Assembly: GCF_009914755.1 (NCBI RefSeq)
Contig: NC_060927.1
Direction: 5' to 3' (one strand)
Length of the DNA: 64,000 nt
From: the human T2T-CHM13v2.0 reference genome, Homo sapiens
Shown: positions 16,343 to 32,248 of the stretch, piece by piece
Layout of the letters: each line of letters opens with the position of its first letter
Position numbering within the stretch: the stretch's first letter is position 1
The notes under the pieces: model-generated
What the model saw: the letters and a program-made list of their open reading frames with translations, nothing else
What the model was told of the DNA's origin: nothing
Database searches by the model: none
Position numbers and translations under genes: made by a program

Positions 16343-17134
16343 TGTTAAGACAGAGCAGAGACCCCCTCTTTGGAGTCTGCGGGCCTCCTTAAGTGTGAAA
16401 ATGAGAAAAATATCTTGAGTTTCTTCAAAAAAAGTTTCAGGCACCTAGGTAGCCCTGAAAAGTAAAGTAAATAAATAACTTGATAAGCAAAAATATAGTA
16501 ATAGCTTAAAACAATAGCCAAAAAAGTTAGAATCACAGAAAGTTTGGTTCTCCTATAAAACCTAAAAATAACATCTTAATATACGTCTCTGAGTTGTTTT
16601 TCAGAGATCCAGACCCCCCCACCCCCCCGCAACAAATGGATCCCCTGGCATATAAACCTCAGATAAAGGAGAACTGAGGACTGAACTCTAACCATGATTC
16701 TTGGTTCTAAATGTCTTCCTGAGGGGCCTGGAGGAAGTCACACCCACATGCCAGAGCTAACATTCTTTTCTGCTGACCTCAAATTTTAAAAGAAAGCTTC
16801 TATTTGTTAACCAATTAGAAATTAAAAAGTCTTTAAATCTACTTATGACCCGGGAGCCCCCGCTTCAAGATATCCTGCCCTTTTAGGCCAAAACCAATGT
16901 ATACTCTCCATGCATTATGATTTTGCTTATAACTTCTGCCTTCCTAAAATTTACCCTTGCCTTTAAAAACTGTTGCCTGCAATACGTCGGGGAGTTTGGA
17001 ACTTACGCGTTAGCTGCCTGATCCTTCTTGCTTGGTGCCCTGCAAATAAAGCCTTTCTTTCTCCTACTATAAACCTTGATGTAAATATCTGGTCATAATG
17101 TACCAAGCAAGTGAACCCCAGTTTGGTTCATAAA
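16343..17134 (+). mobile_element. ERV1 solo LTR (MER49-like) nested in the provirus
   Basis: Starts tgtta; CCAAT boxes; aataaa at ~17045; resembles remembered MER4-group consensus. Confidence 0.65.
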
Positions 17135-18485
17135 AGTGTGGGGATTTTAAAAAGCTGGAAGGCAAATATTACAATGAGAAACCTGGTCTGTAGTCATTTG
17201 GGGCAATAGACAGGCAGACTAATCAAAATAATTATTGACAAAAGGGCCAGAGTCTCTTAGCTTGACCCCTGGCTGCAAACCCAAAATCTTATGCAAATGA
17301 ATAGGTAAAATGTGGTGAAGAAAAGGTTATGGAATTTTTTGACACGGAAGCATCATGCACTATGGTAGCAAAATTTGTTGGTGAAGCCCTAACACAGACT
17401 ACGATTACACTGAAAGAATATAGAAATGCAAGGGCTAAGAGTAATGTCCTTTTAAAATAATATTTGGTCTTTGTCCCCAGTTCCTGACACAGCTTCTAAA
17501 ATGACTGAAATTTCCTGAGTGATAGGAGCATCTGTTGCTATTCATAACAAGCCCCTTTCAACCCTATCTGAGTATATGCTAATGAGGTGACTCTTGCTGG
17601 GCCCTTAGATAGCTTCAGGATGAGGGCAATTTGCCAAAGAAACCAACTATGTGATTAGAGGCTTGGAATGTTCAGCTTCATGCCTCCCCCACCTCTGGAG
17701 AGAGGAGAGATGCTGGAGACTGAGTTAATCACCAATGACCAATAATTTAAACAAGGATGCCTATATAATGAAAAATCCATAAAAACCCATAAAAGTTGGG
17801 GTTTGGAGACCTACCAGGTTGGTGAACACATCATGGTGCAGGGAGAATGGCATACCAAAGAGGGCCTGGAGGCTCCACATCTCTCACCCCTACTATCTTG
17901 CTCTGTGCATCTCTTCCATTTGGCTGTTCCTGAGTGATATCCCTTATAATACACCAGTACAAGCAAGCATTTTCCTGAGCTCAGCGAACAAATTACTGAA
18001 CATGACGAGGGGGTTGTGAAAATTCCTGATTTGTAGCTGGTTGATCAGAAGTATTGCAACTGGTATCTAAAATGGGCACAGTTTTGTCATACTGAAGCCT
18101 TCAACTTGTGGAACCTGACACTAACTCTATGTGGATAGTTATCAGAATTGAATTGAATCTTTGGACATCCAGTTGGTTTTGGAGAATGGGAGAATTGATT
18201 GGTTTTTGAGAAAATATCCCAGAGATGGCAAAACAACAAATAGCAGAATTAGCTTTCCGAAATCTTGAGAAATAGCACTATTAGATACAAAATATAAAAC
18301 GTGTGTAAAGTACTAAATATAATAAAAATCACAAGAATAAAACTAGGTTTTTAAAAGTTGCCTTGAAAAAGATTTTAAACACATGGACACATAGAAGGGA
18401 AAAACACACACTGGGGCCCCATAAGACAAGTTTACCTATATAACTTGAACATGTACCTCTGAACTTAAAATAAATGTTAAATTTA

Positions 18486-18973
<488 letters not shown>

Positions 18974-21289
18974 TTAATAAGCAGCCTCAATGATCTGGAG
19001 GGTAGAATAAATAAAAGTAACAAATGTCCAGTTAAAATTCTTGAATGAGAGAATAGAAAGAATCAGGGACTAAAGTATTAAAAAGGAAACGGATTGCAGT
19101 TTTTCAGAATTTATGAAAGACTTGACCCCTTAGATTGTGAACACAGTGACCAAGCAGGTTAAGAAAAAAAAATTATTCCTGGACACATCTGTAGTTAAAC
19201 TGTAGAACTTCAAATGAAGACATGATCTTAAAAGCATCAGAGATAAAAGAAGATTATCTACAAAGGAATGAGATCTGACTTCCCAACAGCAATGACACAA
19301 GTCAGAAGACAGTGAAATAATATCTTCAAGGCACCAATATTTTAGATTAGAAATTTATAACCTGTTGAACTGTTATCTAAGAACTAGGGTGAATTAGAGA
19401 CATTTTAGACAATCAGAAATGAAGGGAGTATACTTCCAACAGACTCTCACTTTGGGAACTTCCAAAGGATGCACTTTAGAAAGAAGGAAATAAAATTCAG
19501 AAGAACTGAAATGCGAGAAAAAATTGGTAGACATGTGTATATAATAATTATAGATAAATGTTGATTATGTAAACACATTTATGACCATAATAATTAATTT
19601 AAGGATGGTGTCAGGGAAAATATCAGGTTAGAATAAAAATATATTATGTATAATATTAGGGGGTGATTTTCGTTAAAGTATTCTATGACCTTTATCTTGC
19701 TCAGTTGATAATCATGAAACTACGATTTTGTTAAGATGTCTATGTTTACAATAACATTTAATGTTATTGTAAATAAAGAAAAAATGAATAAAAGAAATCT
19801 TGAAGAATATGAGAGAAGGCAGGTTAGGAGGGGGGAAAAGCATGTGGACTAAAGCCTATAATATGGCAGAAATAACCAAACATAACACAGAAATCGACAA
19901 AGATCTATTTAGCACTTACTATTTGTCAGGCACTATTTAAGCCTATGGTGAACAGACAGAGATTTCCATGTCTCAGGGACTTATACTCTGGCAGAAAAAC
20001 TCAATCAATCAACTCAGGAATTAAAATAAGCTTACTTATTCAGACAGAGATTGACTACATAAATAAGTAATTAAATAGATAAATAAGTCAGCTGTATGTC
20101 ATTTTTAAGAGAATATTTTAACACGAGGGCATAAAATGTTGAAAGTAAAAGGATGTGAAAAAGAAATACTAGAAAAATACTAATCAGAATAAAACTAGTG
20201 AATTTATTAATATCAGACAAAATAGATTTTAATACAAAAAACGTTAACATTAAGGTGAAGAGTGTAATTACATAACAATAACATACAATTAATAATCTTA
20301 AAACAGGCACATTGATGCTGAAACAAAAAGTGAAAACTGACAAATTATAAGAATAATTGACAAACCTACCACTATTTTGGATTACTTTAACATCTTTTGT
20401 TTCCTATTTACTGATGTCGAGTAGACAAAAAATTGTAGCATCTAAAAGATATAAGTAATTTTCAAGCTTGATCCAGGTAATGAATACATTAAAAAACCCT
20501 GCATTCCAAAATTAAAAAATGACATTCTTCTTGAGCACAAATGGTATATTAATGACAGTTGACCATATATTAGGGCGTAAACCAACCTTAACAATTTCAG
20601 GAATTATTAAAATTTAGATTATGTTTTTGAACATGATGCAATTAGGTTAAAAATCAATAACAAAGGTAGCTAAACGTTTCTATACATTCAGACATTAAAA
20701 ACTGTGTATTTAAGTAAGTCATGGCTCAAAGAAGATTTCATAATGAAAGTTAGAAAATATTTTGAGATGAAATACAATGAAAGTGTTTTTCAAAATTTTT
20801 AGGGCACAACAAAAATCATTCTTGGAGAGAAATTTATAGTCTTTACTAAAAACAAGGGAAGATGTTGAAAATTATTGACCCTAGAATTCAGTGAAGAAAA
20901 TTAAGCAATCTGTTATAAGTTTCCAAAACAGGACATAAAAGAAATAATAAATATAAGAGCAGAAAGGAGTTAAACGTAAGAAAAAGGATGCAATAGAAAG
21001 GTTCGACAATGTCAAAACATCTGGCATAATATGAATAAACGACAACTTTTAAACCTGATAAAGAATACTTATCAAAGATCTACAGCAAACTTTATACTTA
21101 GTGGTGGAAATTTAAGTCTTTTTAAATGGAACAACATGTAAATGCCTGCTATCACTCCTTTATTCAACCTTGTGTTGCAATCCCAGCCATAACAGTAGTA
21201 GAATGAACAAACCAAAAAGAAAGAATGAATATCTATGTACTGGAACAGGGATGGATTTCTTAAATATGATACCAAACCACAAGCTGTTA

Positions 21290-21569
<280 letters not shown>

Positions 21570-21845
21570 TTAAATCTCACTTCATCAAAAGTCACCGCAG
21601 AAAAGTCAAGCTCCTTGATGAGATAAAATATAAAAACTTCAATAAATCAATAATAAAACTATTCAAAAAACCCAAATGAACAAAGAGCACAAACATGCAA
21701 ATTGTAAGAATATAGAAATAGTAAAAATACCATTTTCATAAATTTGAAAATTTTTAAGAATTCTTCTATTTATCCTTTAAGGAAATGGAACCACAGGACA
21801 AATAATGACAACAAAGATGTTCAACCCAATTAACAGTCATGGAAA

Positions 21846-22802
21846 TGCAGTGAAAAGGCAACCTATAGAATGGGAGGAAATATTTGCAAATCATACATCT
21901 GACAAAGAATTTGTATCTAGAATACATAAAGAACCCCTACAATTCGAAAACAGCAACAAAAAACAACTCAATTAAAAAATTGGGAAAGGACTTAAACAGA
22001 CATTTCTTCGAAGAAGACATAAAAATGGCCAATAAGCACATGAAAGATGCTCAACATCACTAATCATTAAGGAAATGCAAATCAAAGCCACAGTGAGATA
22101 CCACTTCATATCTGTTAGGATGCTATTAGCAAAAACCAGAAAATAGCAAGTGTTGATGAGGACATGGGGAAATTGGAACACTCGTGCACTTCTGGTGAGA
22201 ATGTGAAATGGTGTGGCCACTACAAGAAATGACATGACACCTACTCAAAAAATTAAAAATAGATTTACCATATGATCCAGCAATTTATATGCCAAGAATA
22301 ATTGAAAGCAGGGAAATACTTGTATACCCATGTTCATAGCAGCATGATTCACAGTAGCCAAAAGGTGGAAGCACCGAGTTTTTCTCAGTGGAAAAATAGA
22401 TAAACAAAATGTGATATACACATACAATGGAATATTATTTAACCTTAGAAAGGAAGGAAAATCTGACATTGGCTACAATATGGATGAACTTTGAAGACAT
22501 TATGCTAAGTGAAATAAGCCAGACACAAATGGACAAATACTATATGATTCCACTTGGAGCTGTCAAATTCACAGAGACAGAAAATAGAATAGTGTTTGCT
22601 AGGGGATCTGGGGGGAGAAGAAAATGGAGAGTTATTATTTAATGGGTAGAGTTTCAGTTTGGGAAAATGAAAAGGTTTTGTAGATGGATGGTGGTAATGG
22701 TTGCACAATAATGCGAATGTAGTTAATGCTGCTGATCTGTACACTTAAAAGTGTTTAAAATGGTACATTTTACATTGTGTATATTTTACTATAATAAAAA
22801 AG
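21846..22802 (+). mobile_element. L1MB 3' region
   Basis: aggcaacctatagaatgggag...cacttaaaagtgtttaaaatggt 3' end. Confidence 0.85.
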
Positions 22803-25368
22803 GAATAATAAACAAATTTATGATAGTGATTACCTCTGGAGGGGAGGGAGTAGATTAGGATCCGAAAAATCTTGGGAACTTCAACTATACAATACTTTTA
22901 ATGTTTTATTTCTCAAATAAGATGGTAATTATGTAGGTGTTCATTATTTTTGTGTCTTTTAGCATATTTCAAATATTACATAACTAAAAAAATAAAAGCT
23001 TCTGATTCTTGTAATCTCAGAACAATTTGGACCAACCTTCTTTCTGAAGACAACTAATATTCCTTGAAGAAATCTAAAAAGTAGATTTTTCTAAGAACAT
23101 CAAAGAGCTAATAAGGAGGAGGCAGAGCAAGATGTCCAAATAGAACTCTCCAGTGATTGTCTCCCTCATGGGAACACCAAACTGAACAACTATCCATACA
23201 AGAAATACCTTCATAAGAACAAAAAATTAGATGGACCATTATAGTCCTTGATTTTAACATCACATAAAGGAAAGAAGCACAAAAGAGGGAAGGGAAGATA
23301 GTCTTGAATTGCTGATGTCACCCCTTCCCCATTCCCTGGCAGTAGAGAGAGACTGTGTGCGTGGTGGAGGGAGAATACAGTAATTGTGGGACTTTGTATT
23401 GGAACTCAGTGCTGCCTTGTCACAATGGAAAGCAACATGGGGGCAGAACCCAGTCAGCACCCATGGAGGGAGCATTTAGATCAGCCCTAGCCAGGGAAGA
23501 ATTCTCCATCCCAGCGGTCAGAACCTGAATTCTGGCTAGCCCCACCACCATGGGCTAAAGAAGCTCTGGGGTTCTAAATAAACTTGAAAGGTAGTCTAGG
23601 CTACAAGGACCTCAATTATTGGGTAAGTTCTGGCGCTATGCTGGATTTGGAGTCAGTGGACTTGGGGTACATGACACTAGGGAGACACCAGCTGGGGTGG
23701 CTATGGGAGTTCTTGTGTCACCTCTCCCCCAACCACAGGTAGTACAGCTCACAGCTCTGGGAGAGACTCCTTCCTTCTGCTTCAGAAAGGGAGAGGGGTG
23801 AGTAAAGAAGACTTTGTCTTGCAACTTGGATACCAGCCCAGCCACAGGATAGGGCACTATTCTCTCAGACAACATTACCAGACACAACCTGAGCTGGAAG
23901 GGAACCTGCTGCCTTGAAGGGAAGAGCCCAGTCCTAGCAGGGTTCATCACTTGCTGATTAAAGAGCACTTTGGCCTTGAATAAACATCAGAAGTACCCAG
24001 GGAGTACTCACCGGGCACCTTGGGTGAAATCCAGGCCTATACTGGATTCAGATGTGGCCACATTCCTAGCTGTGGTAGCCATGGGAAGAGATTCCTTCTC
24101 CTTTAGGAAAGGAGAGAAAAGAGTAAAGGGAACTCTGTTTTGCAGCTTGGGCAAGAGCTTAGTCAAGCAGGCTCCTGTGGTCCCCAGTTTCAGGCCTTGG
24201 CTACTAGACAGTATTTCTGGATCCGCCCTGGGCCAAAGGGAAGCCTCCTGCCCTGAAAGGAGAGACCCAGCCCTGGGAACATTCACCACAAGCTGGCTGA
24301 AGAGCTCTTGGGCCTTGAGTGAACACTGACAGTAGCCAGACAGTACTAGCCATGAGCCTGGGTAGCAGTGGCCCCAGGGGGAGACTCCTTCTGTATGAGC
24401 AAATGAGACAGAAAAATGGAAAGGACTTTGTCTTGTGGCTTGGGTGCCAGCTCAGCCACGTAGAACATAGTACCAAGTAGATTCCAAAGGTTCCCCTCTC
24501 CAGGCCCTGGCTCATGGACAGCATTTCTGGACTAGAGTTGGGCCAGCAGGGAACTCACCACCCTGAAGGGAAGGACGCAAGCCTGGCTGGATTCACCACC
24601 TGCGGACTGAACAGCCCTTGGGCCTTGAGTGAATATAGGTGGTAGCCAGGTAGTGACTGGGTGGGTCTTGGGAGGGACCCAGTGCTTTGCAGTCTTTGCA
24701 TCTTATCCAGCATAGTCCCAGTTGTCATGGCCATAGGAGTGCTTGTATCACCTCTCCTGAAGCTTCAGGCAGCTCAGCGCAGAGAGAGAGACTCCACTTG
24801 TTAGGGGAAAGGAAAGAGAGAGAATTAGAGTCTCTACCTGGTAGTCCAGGGAATGCTCCTGGATTTTACCCAAGACCACCAAGGTGGTACCTCTAATGAG
24901 TCTGCCAGAGTCACAGTGTTACAGGACTTTAGGTGCCCCCTAATGCAGAGATGGCTGCAGGGATCAAAGATTTAGATCACAACACTCAATTCTCTTTAAA
25001 TACTTGGAAAACTTTCCCAGAAAGGATAGGTACAAACAAGCCTAGACTGCAAAGACAACAATAAACACTTCTTTAATAACTCTTCAAATAAACTCTTTAT
25101 GCCCAGACATTGATAAACATCTACAAACATCGAGAACATCCAGGGAAACATGACCTCACCAAACAATCTACATAAGGCACCAGGGAACCCACCTTGGATT
25201 TCCTTTACGTAATGTATGCTCTGAGTACATGTGGGTTTGACTGGATTTGTTCATACCTTTCCAGAAACACCTCTCCATGTTAGCTTACGTTTCGCTTGCA
25301 TTCACAGAATATCTGAATATTGTTTACAATAGCAACACGGTGGTGTAGGGGTAGAGGTGCTGATTAGA

Positions 25369-25750
25369 AGTGGAATACTATGCAGCCATAAAAAGGATGA
25401 GTTCTTGTCTTTGCAGGGACATGGATGAAGCTGGAAACCATCATTCTCAGCAAACTAACACAGGAACAGAAAACCAAACACCGCACGTTCTCACATATAA
25501 GTGGGAGTTGAACAATGAGAACACATGGACACAGGGAGGGGAACATCACTCACCGGGGCCTGTCGGGGAGTGAGGGGCAAGGGGAAGGAGAGCATTAGGA
25601 CAAATACCTAATATATGTGGGGTTTAAAACCTAGATGATGGGTTGATAGGTGCAGCAAACCACCATGGCACATGTATACGTATGTAACAAACCTGTACAT
25701 TCTGCACATGTATCCCAGAACTTAAAGTAAAATTAAAAAAAGAAAAAAAG
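25369..25750 (+). mobile_element. L1PA 3' end
   Basis: tggaatactatgcagccataaaaagga...cccagaacttaaagta plus A tail. Confidence 0.92.
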
Positions 25751-26234
25751 AATGAAGCATGCCTTCAAGATCTAGAAAACAATCTCAAAAGTACAAATAT
25801 AAGAGTTATTGGCTTTAAAGAGGAAGTAGGGAGAGAGAGAGAGATTGGGGTAGAAGTCCTTCAAAATGATAACAGAACTTTCCAAACCTAGAGAAAAATA
25901 TCACTATTCAAGTACAAGGTTATAGAACACCAAGCAGATTTAACCCCAAGAAGACTACCTCAAGGCATTTAATAATCAAATTCCCAAAGGCCATGGATAA
26001 ATAAACGATTCTAAAAGCAGCAAGAGAAAAGAAACAACATGCAAAAGACCTCCGATACGTCTGGCAGCCGACTTCTCTGTGGAAACCTTATAGGCCAGGC
26101 CGGAGTAGCATGACATATTTAAAGTGCTGAAGGAAAAAGTATTTTACCCTAGAATAGTGTATCTGGTAAAAATATCTTTCAAGCACGAAGGAGAAATTAA
26201 GACTTTCTCAGACAAACAAAAGCTGAGGGATTAC

Positions 26235-26554
26235 TTTTTCTCTTTTTTTCTTTTAATTTTCTTATTATTTTTTGAGACAGGGTCTTGCTCTGTCACCCAG
26301 GCTGGAGTTCAGTGCTGTGATCATGGCTCACTGCAGCCTTGACCTCCTAGGCTCAAGTGACCCTCCCACTCAGCCACCCGAGTAGCTGGGACTACAGATG
26401 TGTACCATCATGTCCAGCTAATTTTTAATTTTTTTGTAGTGATGGGGGTCTCGCTATGTTGTCTAGGCTGGTCTTGAACTCCTGGGTTCAAGTGATTCTC
26501 CCACCTCGGCTTCCAAAGTGTTGGGATTGCAAGGGTGAGCCACCACGCCTAGCC
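26235..26554 (-). mobile_element. AluJ
   Basis: Reverse AluJ; TSD aagctgagggatt/aaactgagggatt. Confidence 0.92.
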
Positions 26555-26589
26555 AAACTGAGGGATTTCATCAATACCAGACCTGTCTA

Positions 26590-27035
26590 TTCATAGGACA
26601 GAATATTATACAGCAATGAAAATGAATAAACTAATGCTTTTTGCAACGTGGAAGAAGTTCATAAACAAATTATTGAGCAAAAGAAGTCAGATACAAAAGA
26701 GCATCTACTCTATGATTTCAGGTTTATAACATTTCAAAGCAGGCAAATTGAAGTCTAGAGTTTAGGAATAGATAGGTGGTAATGCTGTAAAGTAAGAAGA
26801 TAATTACTCTGAACTTTAGGACATTAGTTACCTTGGTAGGGGGTAGGGAGTTGTTTGGGATTAATAAAGGGCCAGTAAAGGGTATCTGGAGAGCTGGTCA
26901 TGTTTTCTTTTTTGACTTGATGTTTACTCCATAATAAATTAGTTAAGCTGTATTTTAAAATGGATTTTTTTATGTGTGTGATACCATAGAATGTTTTTAA
27001 AAATAAAACTACTAAAAGCAATAAATAAATAAATA
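26590..27035 (+). mobile_element. L1ME 3' end
   Basis: cagcaatgaaaatgaataaact...aaaagaagtcagatac. Confidence 0.7.
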
Positions 27036-27446
27036 AATGGGCTGGATGGGGCTCTACTTTAGTTGTAAAATGCAGTGATTATTTGTAGACCATAAGATCA
27101 TCAAGAAAATGCTAATGCTCGTAAGGTGTAGGTTAATTGCGAGCCAAGTATTAGAGGAGAAATAAATAGGATTTGAATGCTGAATATACAAAGAAAAAAC
27201 GTAACTCTACAAAGTAAAAAAATTTGTAATTCTGTGCAACATTGACTTCAAAATTTTTTTAAATTCTCAATTTAAAATTGTTATATACTACTGAGAGTTC
27301 AGTCTTCAGGGATTTTAATGCTTGGCTGCATGATTTATTAGATGGCAGCACCTAATGATTAACTATATTGTTGACAGAGAGGCTACATTATAAAACATAA
27401 GTAAAGTGATTCAGGAAAAATAAAGTGTTAACGGTTGAGCACTTAC

Positions 27447-27553
27447 CTCACTCATATTGAGAACTCCGTCGCCTGCTAAAATGAGTTCTGCTTGTTTGGA
27501 AATGGCCTTGGGGCTTTCTTATGTAGACCGAGATAATGGGGATGGGTAAGAAC
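27447..27553 (-). pseudogene. Putative exon, 107 nt (frame ambiguous)
   Basis: Acceptor tcttaccagtttctcag, consensus donor GAG|gtaagt; retains several CpGs. Confidence 0.55.
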
Positions 27554-28173
27554 CTGAGAAACTGGTAAGACCATCAAGAATGACAGTGGAAGAGACTCAT
27601 CAATTCATGAGGGAATAAATTTAGAGGACGTATCTGGAGAATTTTGAGTAGGAAAGGAGATTGAGGGAAGCTGCCATGTGAATGTTTGTGTTTATGTACA
27701 TGTGCATTTTACAAGGTTTTGCTGAGCATTATGGATACAATATCTACAATACCTGTTTAATTTCTACCACATACCCCATTACAACTGCCTACCCTACCTC
27801 AACTCATGGGTTTTCTTGAGAGGCTGCAGGAAAAATTTATATTACTTCCACTTATTTTTGGATTATTGACTGCTGTTTCTTTAAATGCAACTTGTCTGCC
27901 TTCTTCAGTCAGATCCCGTAAGACAATATGCTAAGCAGAAGACATTGTAGTTTCAGGGGTTTCAGGTGCAGTGGATGATGGAGACCAGAGGCAAACAGCG
28001 CTGTCACCTGCTACTGCAAAGGACAAGTGAACTGCTGGTTGAGAAGTGGTTAAATGGAGGTGAACTCCATTAGATGGAGCAATGCCAGAGCACCATACTT
28101 CCCATTGGGAAGATCAACGTTTTAATATTTTAAGAAAAGAGAATTTAGCCCCATAGATGAGGGATTTCTTTAC

Positions 28174-28278
28174 CTTGGGAACAATTTTCTGATTCTAAGA
28201 AGAATTCTGCGGTGCAAATATTAGATGATTTATCGTCTTATAACCAAACTGGCTTTAACACTTTCATAAATATTGGGG
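28174..28278 (-). pseudogene. Putative exon, 105 nt (frame ambiguous)
   Basis: Acceptor gtcttcag, donor AAG|gtaaag; length is a multiple of 3. Confidence 0.35.
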
Positions 28279-28911
28279 CTGAAGACTGTTTAATTCTATA
28301 ACTTTTTCTATTCAAGAAAACTAGTTACAAAGAGGAAAATAGTCTGATTTTGAAAACTCTTGATCATGATAAAATTACAATAATTTAAAGAAGAAAGAAT
28401 AAAATGAGAAATGTTAACTTCATGTTTTAGACAACATAAGAATGTATTATTCTTACTGGTAAATGATGACTGAACAAGAACAAGGTTATAAATTTCAATG
28501 AAAAGTAATTTTTAAAGGTCTAATTTAAAACAATATATTATTTATGCGAACATACATATTTACTCTTGGGATTTAAATTGCATTGGAAAGACAAAATATG
28601 ACTCTATCCACCTAAGTGTTAAAGTAATTGATATCTGATCCAGAAAACTTTTCTATTAAACATTACTAACCACAGATCCATTACTGAATATTTATTTATT
28701 TAGCAAATAAATCTTGATATTTTCATCAAGAGGAGACAGGATATGCGGATTGTATTACTTTATTATTATTAAAATACAACCATGCAAGAATAAGAACTAT
28801 GCAGAATTGCATTATTTCATTGGAATATATGAATAAAAATCTCAAGCCAAATCTTTATAAATGAAAACATAAAAATTCTGGGGCTGGTAAATTATTATTT
28901 GTTTTATATAC

Positions 28912-29073
28912 CCTGACTACTCTGTATGAATCAAGCTAGGTTTTTTTCTTAAATAATAAAAATGGATAGCTATACTGTGAAAAAAAATCAGTAATTTTTT
29001 TCTCCATGAAATATAATACAATACAGCTCTATTATAATACGACTTTAAGATTTTGATGGGTTTTATTATATTC
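28912..29073 (-). pseudogene. Putative exon, 162 nt (frame ambiguous)
   Basis: Strong acceptor tccttttctgtttcag, donor AGG|gtatat; length is a multiple of 3. Confidence 0.4.
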
Positions 29074-29202
29074 CTGAAACAGAAAAGGATGCACAGTAAG
29101 TTCCTGAGCATGTATAAACCTGGTTGATCTACAAGGCAGATTTGAATTTTAACTCTCCCTCATCAGTCTCATAGAAATTATAAGGGTAATATAATCTTAT
29201 AC

Positions 29203-29304
29203 CTGCCACTGGAAGTGAATAGGTCTTCTCATGATAATCCACTGTAAAGTTCATAGATAATGCGATTGGCTTATTTGATAATTTAAAAAAAAAAAAATTT
29301 AAAC
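29203..29304 (-). pseudogene. Putative exon, 102 nt (phase 1 open: LNFFFFKLSNKPIALSMNFTVDYHEKTYSLPVA)
   Basis: Acceptor tgtatttag, donor CAG|gtataa; 129-nt intron to the next exon. Confidence 0.4.
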
Positions 29305-30074
29305 CTAAATACATTTCAGAATGAATTAATTTTATACTTTTCCCCCTTGTGTCTGTTTTTCCCATGGATATCCCTGACAAGGGTGACTGTGAATTGGGGG
29401 CTGGCTGGAGAGAAAATACTGCCTGGAGGACCTCCATTGTGAATACTCTCCCTGCTCATCACCAGCACCTCTGCCAGCTTGTGCTGGGCTCATGGCACTG
29501 TCATGTGACCAGGGAGCAATAAACTCGACACTATCTATGCTTGATGAAGGTGACCTAAAGTTGGGCAGAGTTTCTGAGTTGGAGGTTTGCTTGCCAGCCT
29601 CCACTGGGTGAATTAAATATGCTAGTCTCCAAGTTTTAATGATAATAATTACTTCTCCAGCAAAACTTTGATAGGTAGACTCTTCATCCAAAATCTTCAA
29701 GGTACAGATTGTACGACCTTCATCTGTTGATTATTTATTTAGATGACTTCTATAATTTAGAAATTCTTACATATAGCTTCCATTTGTCTTGCTGCAGTGA
29801 AAGCTTCATAATTGTATTTTATCTCTTGGAGCATCAGTGTCTCTCTGGAAATATTATCTTTCTGTGGGCGGGTACAAACACATGTTTATGAGAACATCAT
29901 CTGTAGCTGTCTGTGGAGGGGGGAGTGTGAGGTAGAGGAATAGATATATGTACAAATGCTGAGTGTTTTTGAGGATGGAGTAGGCTGCATGTGGATGAGT
30001 GTTTATTTGATCGAGTTAGCAAGAACTTGTTGTATACACTGTAGATGCAGTAGGAAGCTGCCTACTTGTTATGA

Positions 30075-30788
<714 letters not shown>

Positions 30789-31892
30789 TAAGTGACAACA
30801 ACCTCTATTCCCAAACTGCTCTGTTTATCCTACATAATTCTTTTAATTAGAGTCAGCCTTCCATTCCACAATTAGAGCTTTGGTTTTTGTTGAAAATATT
30901 CTCTAGGAAAAGGGAAAAATATGGTCCAATATTCATGCTGAAGTATAGCTTACTAAAGTCGGATCCTTTCTTAGGAGCAGTTGTATTCTCAGTACCACCT
31001 AGAGTACTGTGTAAATAAATGTTCGCTGAATAAATGAATAGATGAACAACCCCCCTCCCACCTCAATCTCCATTGTAGATCCTCTTCTTGTCCTAAGGGT
31101 CCTGGCTTGCTGGAGAATGCAGCAAGGGAAAAATGGCAGAGTAACATAGCCAGTTGAAGAGAGGGCTACGACAACTTCTAGTCTTCTGTGGAATGGAGGG
31201 GATTTATTGAGTAAGACTCAGAAAGTGGCTGGGTTCACAAGCTAGCAGTCCAGCAGGAAGAGGAAATCTCAGAGAGTGGCTCTAGTTTGGGCCAACTGGT
31301 ACGGTAAGGGTGGTTGGAGTACATACGAAGAAGCAACTACACCAATAAACAGAATGGAGAACCCATGTAGATGCCTTGGGTCACTTAATGGGCCACATAA
31401 ATGAATCCATCAGGTCCTGCTCAAGACGCCAGAGCTGATCTCAGGTAGCACCAGCCGTCTGATAAGCAGCTGTACCAGCCTGCTACAGATTGAGAAGAGG
31501 ATGTCTCCCTTATGTGTTCACTGACCCTTTTGGACACAGGGTATGCTTGAGCTCTATGAAAGCTAAACCAAACCACAGGGAGAAGAAAAACTCTTGAAAA
31601 GGAGAAGGAAGCTGGTGAATGTGGTTAGATAGGTTCTAAAGATAGATTAATTTTAGAAATGACTGGATTATACTGAGTGCCCTGGGATGAGACAGAATAT
31701 ATTTTGGCTCTGGGCAGAGCAAAGAAGAAAATAGATAGGTAAAACATATAGACTCTTATGTTTGCACACATCTGCTGTGTGACAGTCTATTCATACTGGT
31801 TGCATGAATATATGTTACAATAAATAGCTGAATAAATTTTCATCAGGATAGAAGCTTCTTAAATTCTATCTACAAGGCTGATAATAGGAAGA

Positions 31893-32248
31893 TGCATTAG
31901 TTTGTTCTCACGGTGCTAATAAAGACATACAGAAGACTGGATAATTTATAAAGGAAAGAGGTTTAATTGACTCACAGTTCCACATGGCTGGGGAGGCCTC
32001 ACAATCATGGTGGAAGGCAAAGGAGGAAGAAAATCACGCCTTACATGGCAGCAGGCAGGAGAACTTGTGCAGGGGAACTCCCACTTATAAAACCATCAGA
32101 TCATGTGAGACTTATTTACTACCATGAGAACAGTATGGGGGAAACCACCCCCATGATTCAATTATCTCCACCTGGCCATGCCCTTGACACTTGGGGGTTA
32201 TTACAATTCAAGATGAGATTTGGGTGGAGACACAGCCAAAAGACATCA
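31893..32248 (-). mobile_element. THE1 solo LTR (MaLR)
   Basis: gaggtttaattgactcacagttcc...ggcctcacaatcatgg; 5-bp TSD gaaga/gagga. Confidence 0.9.

Larger units (their letters stand above)
23113..26588 (+). mobile_element. L1PB/L1MA-type 5'UTR (with internal repeated units) and ORF1 fragment, interrupted
   Basis: ggaggcagagcaagatg start; repeated gagactcc/ccctgaagg/gggccttgagtgaa units; ORF1-like FYPRIVYLVKISFKHEGEIKTFSDKQKLRD. Confidence 0.8.

Noticed and set aside
23260-24896. Overlapping 70-119 aa ORFs and ~300-bp repeated units
   Set aside because: GC-richer old L1 5'UTR with family-intrinsic repeats.
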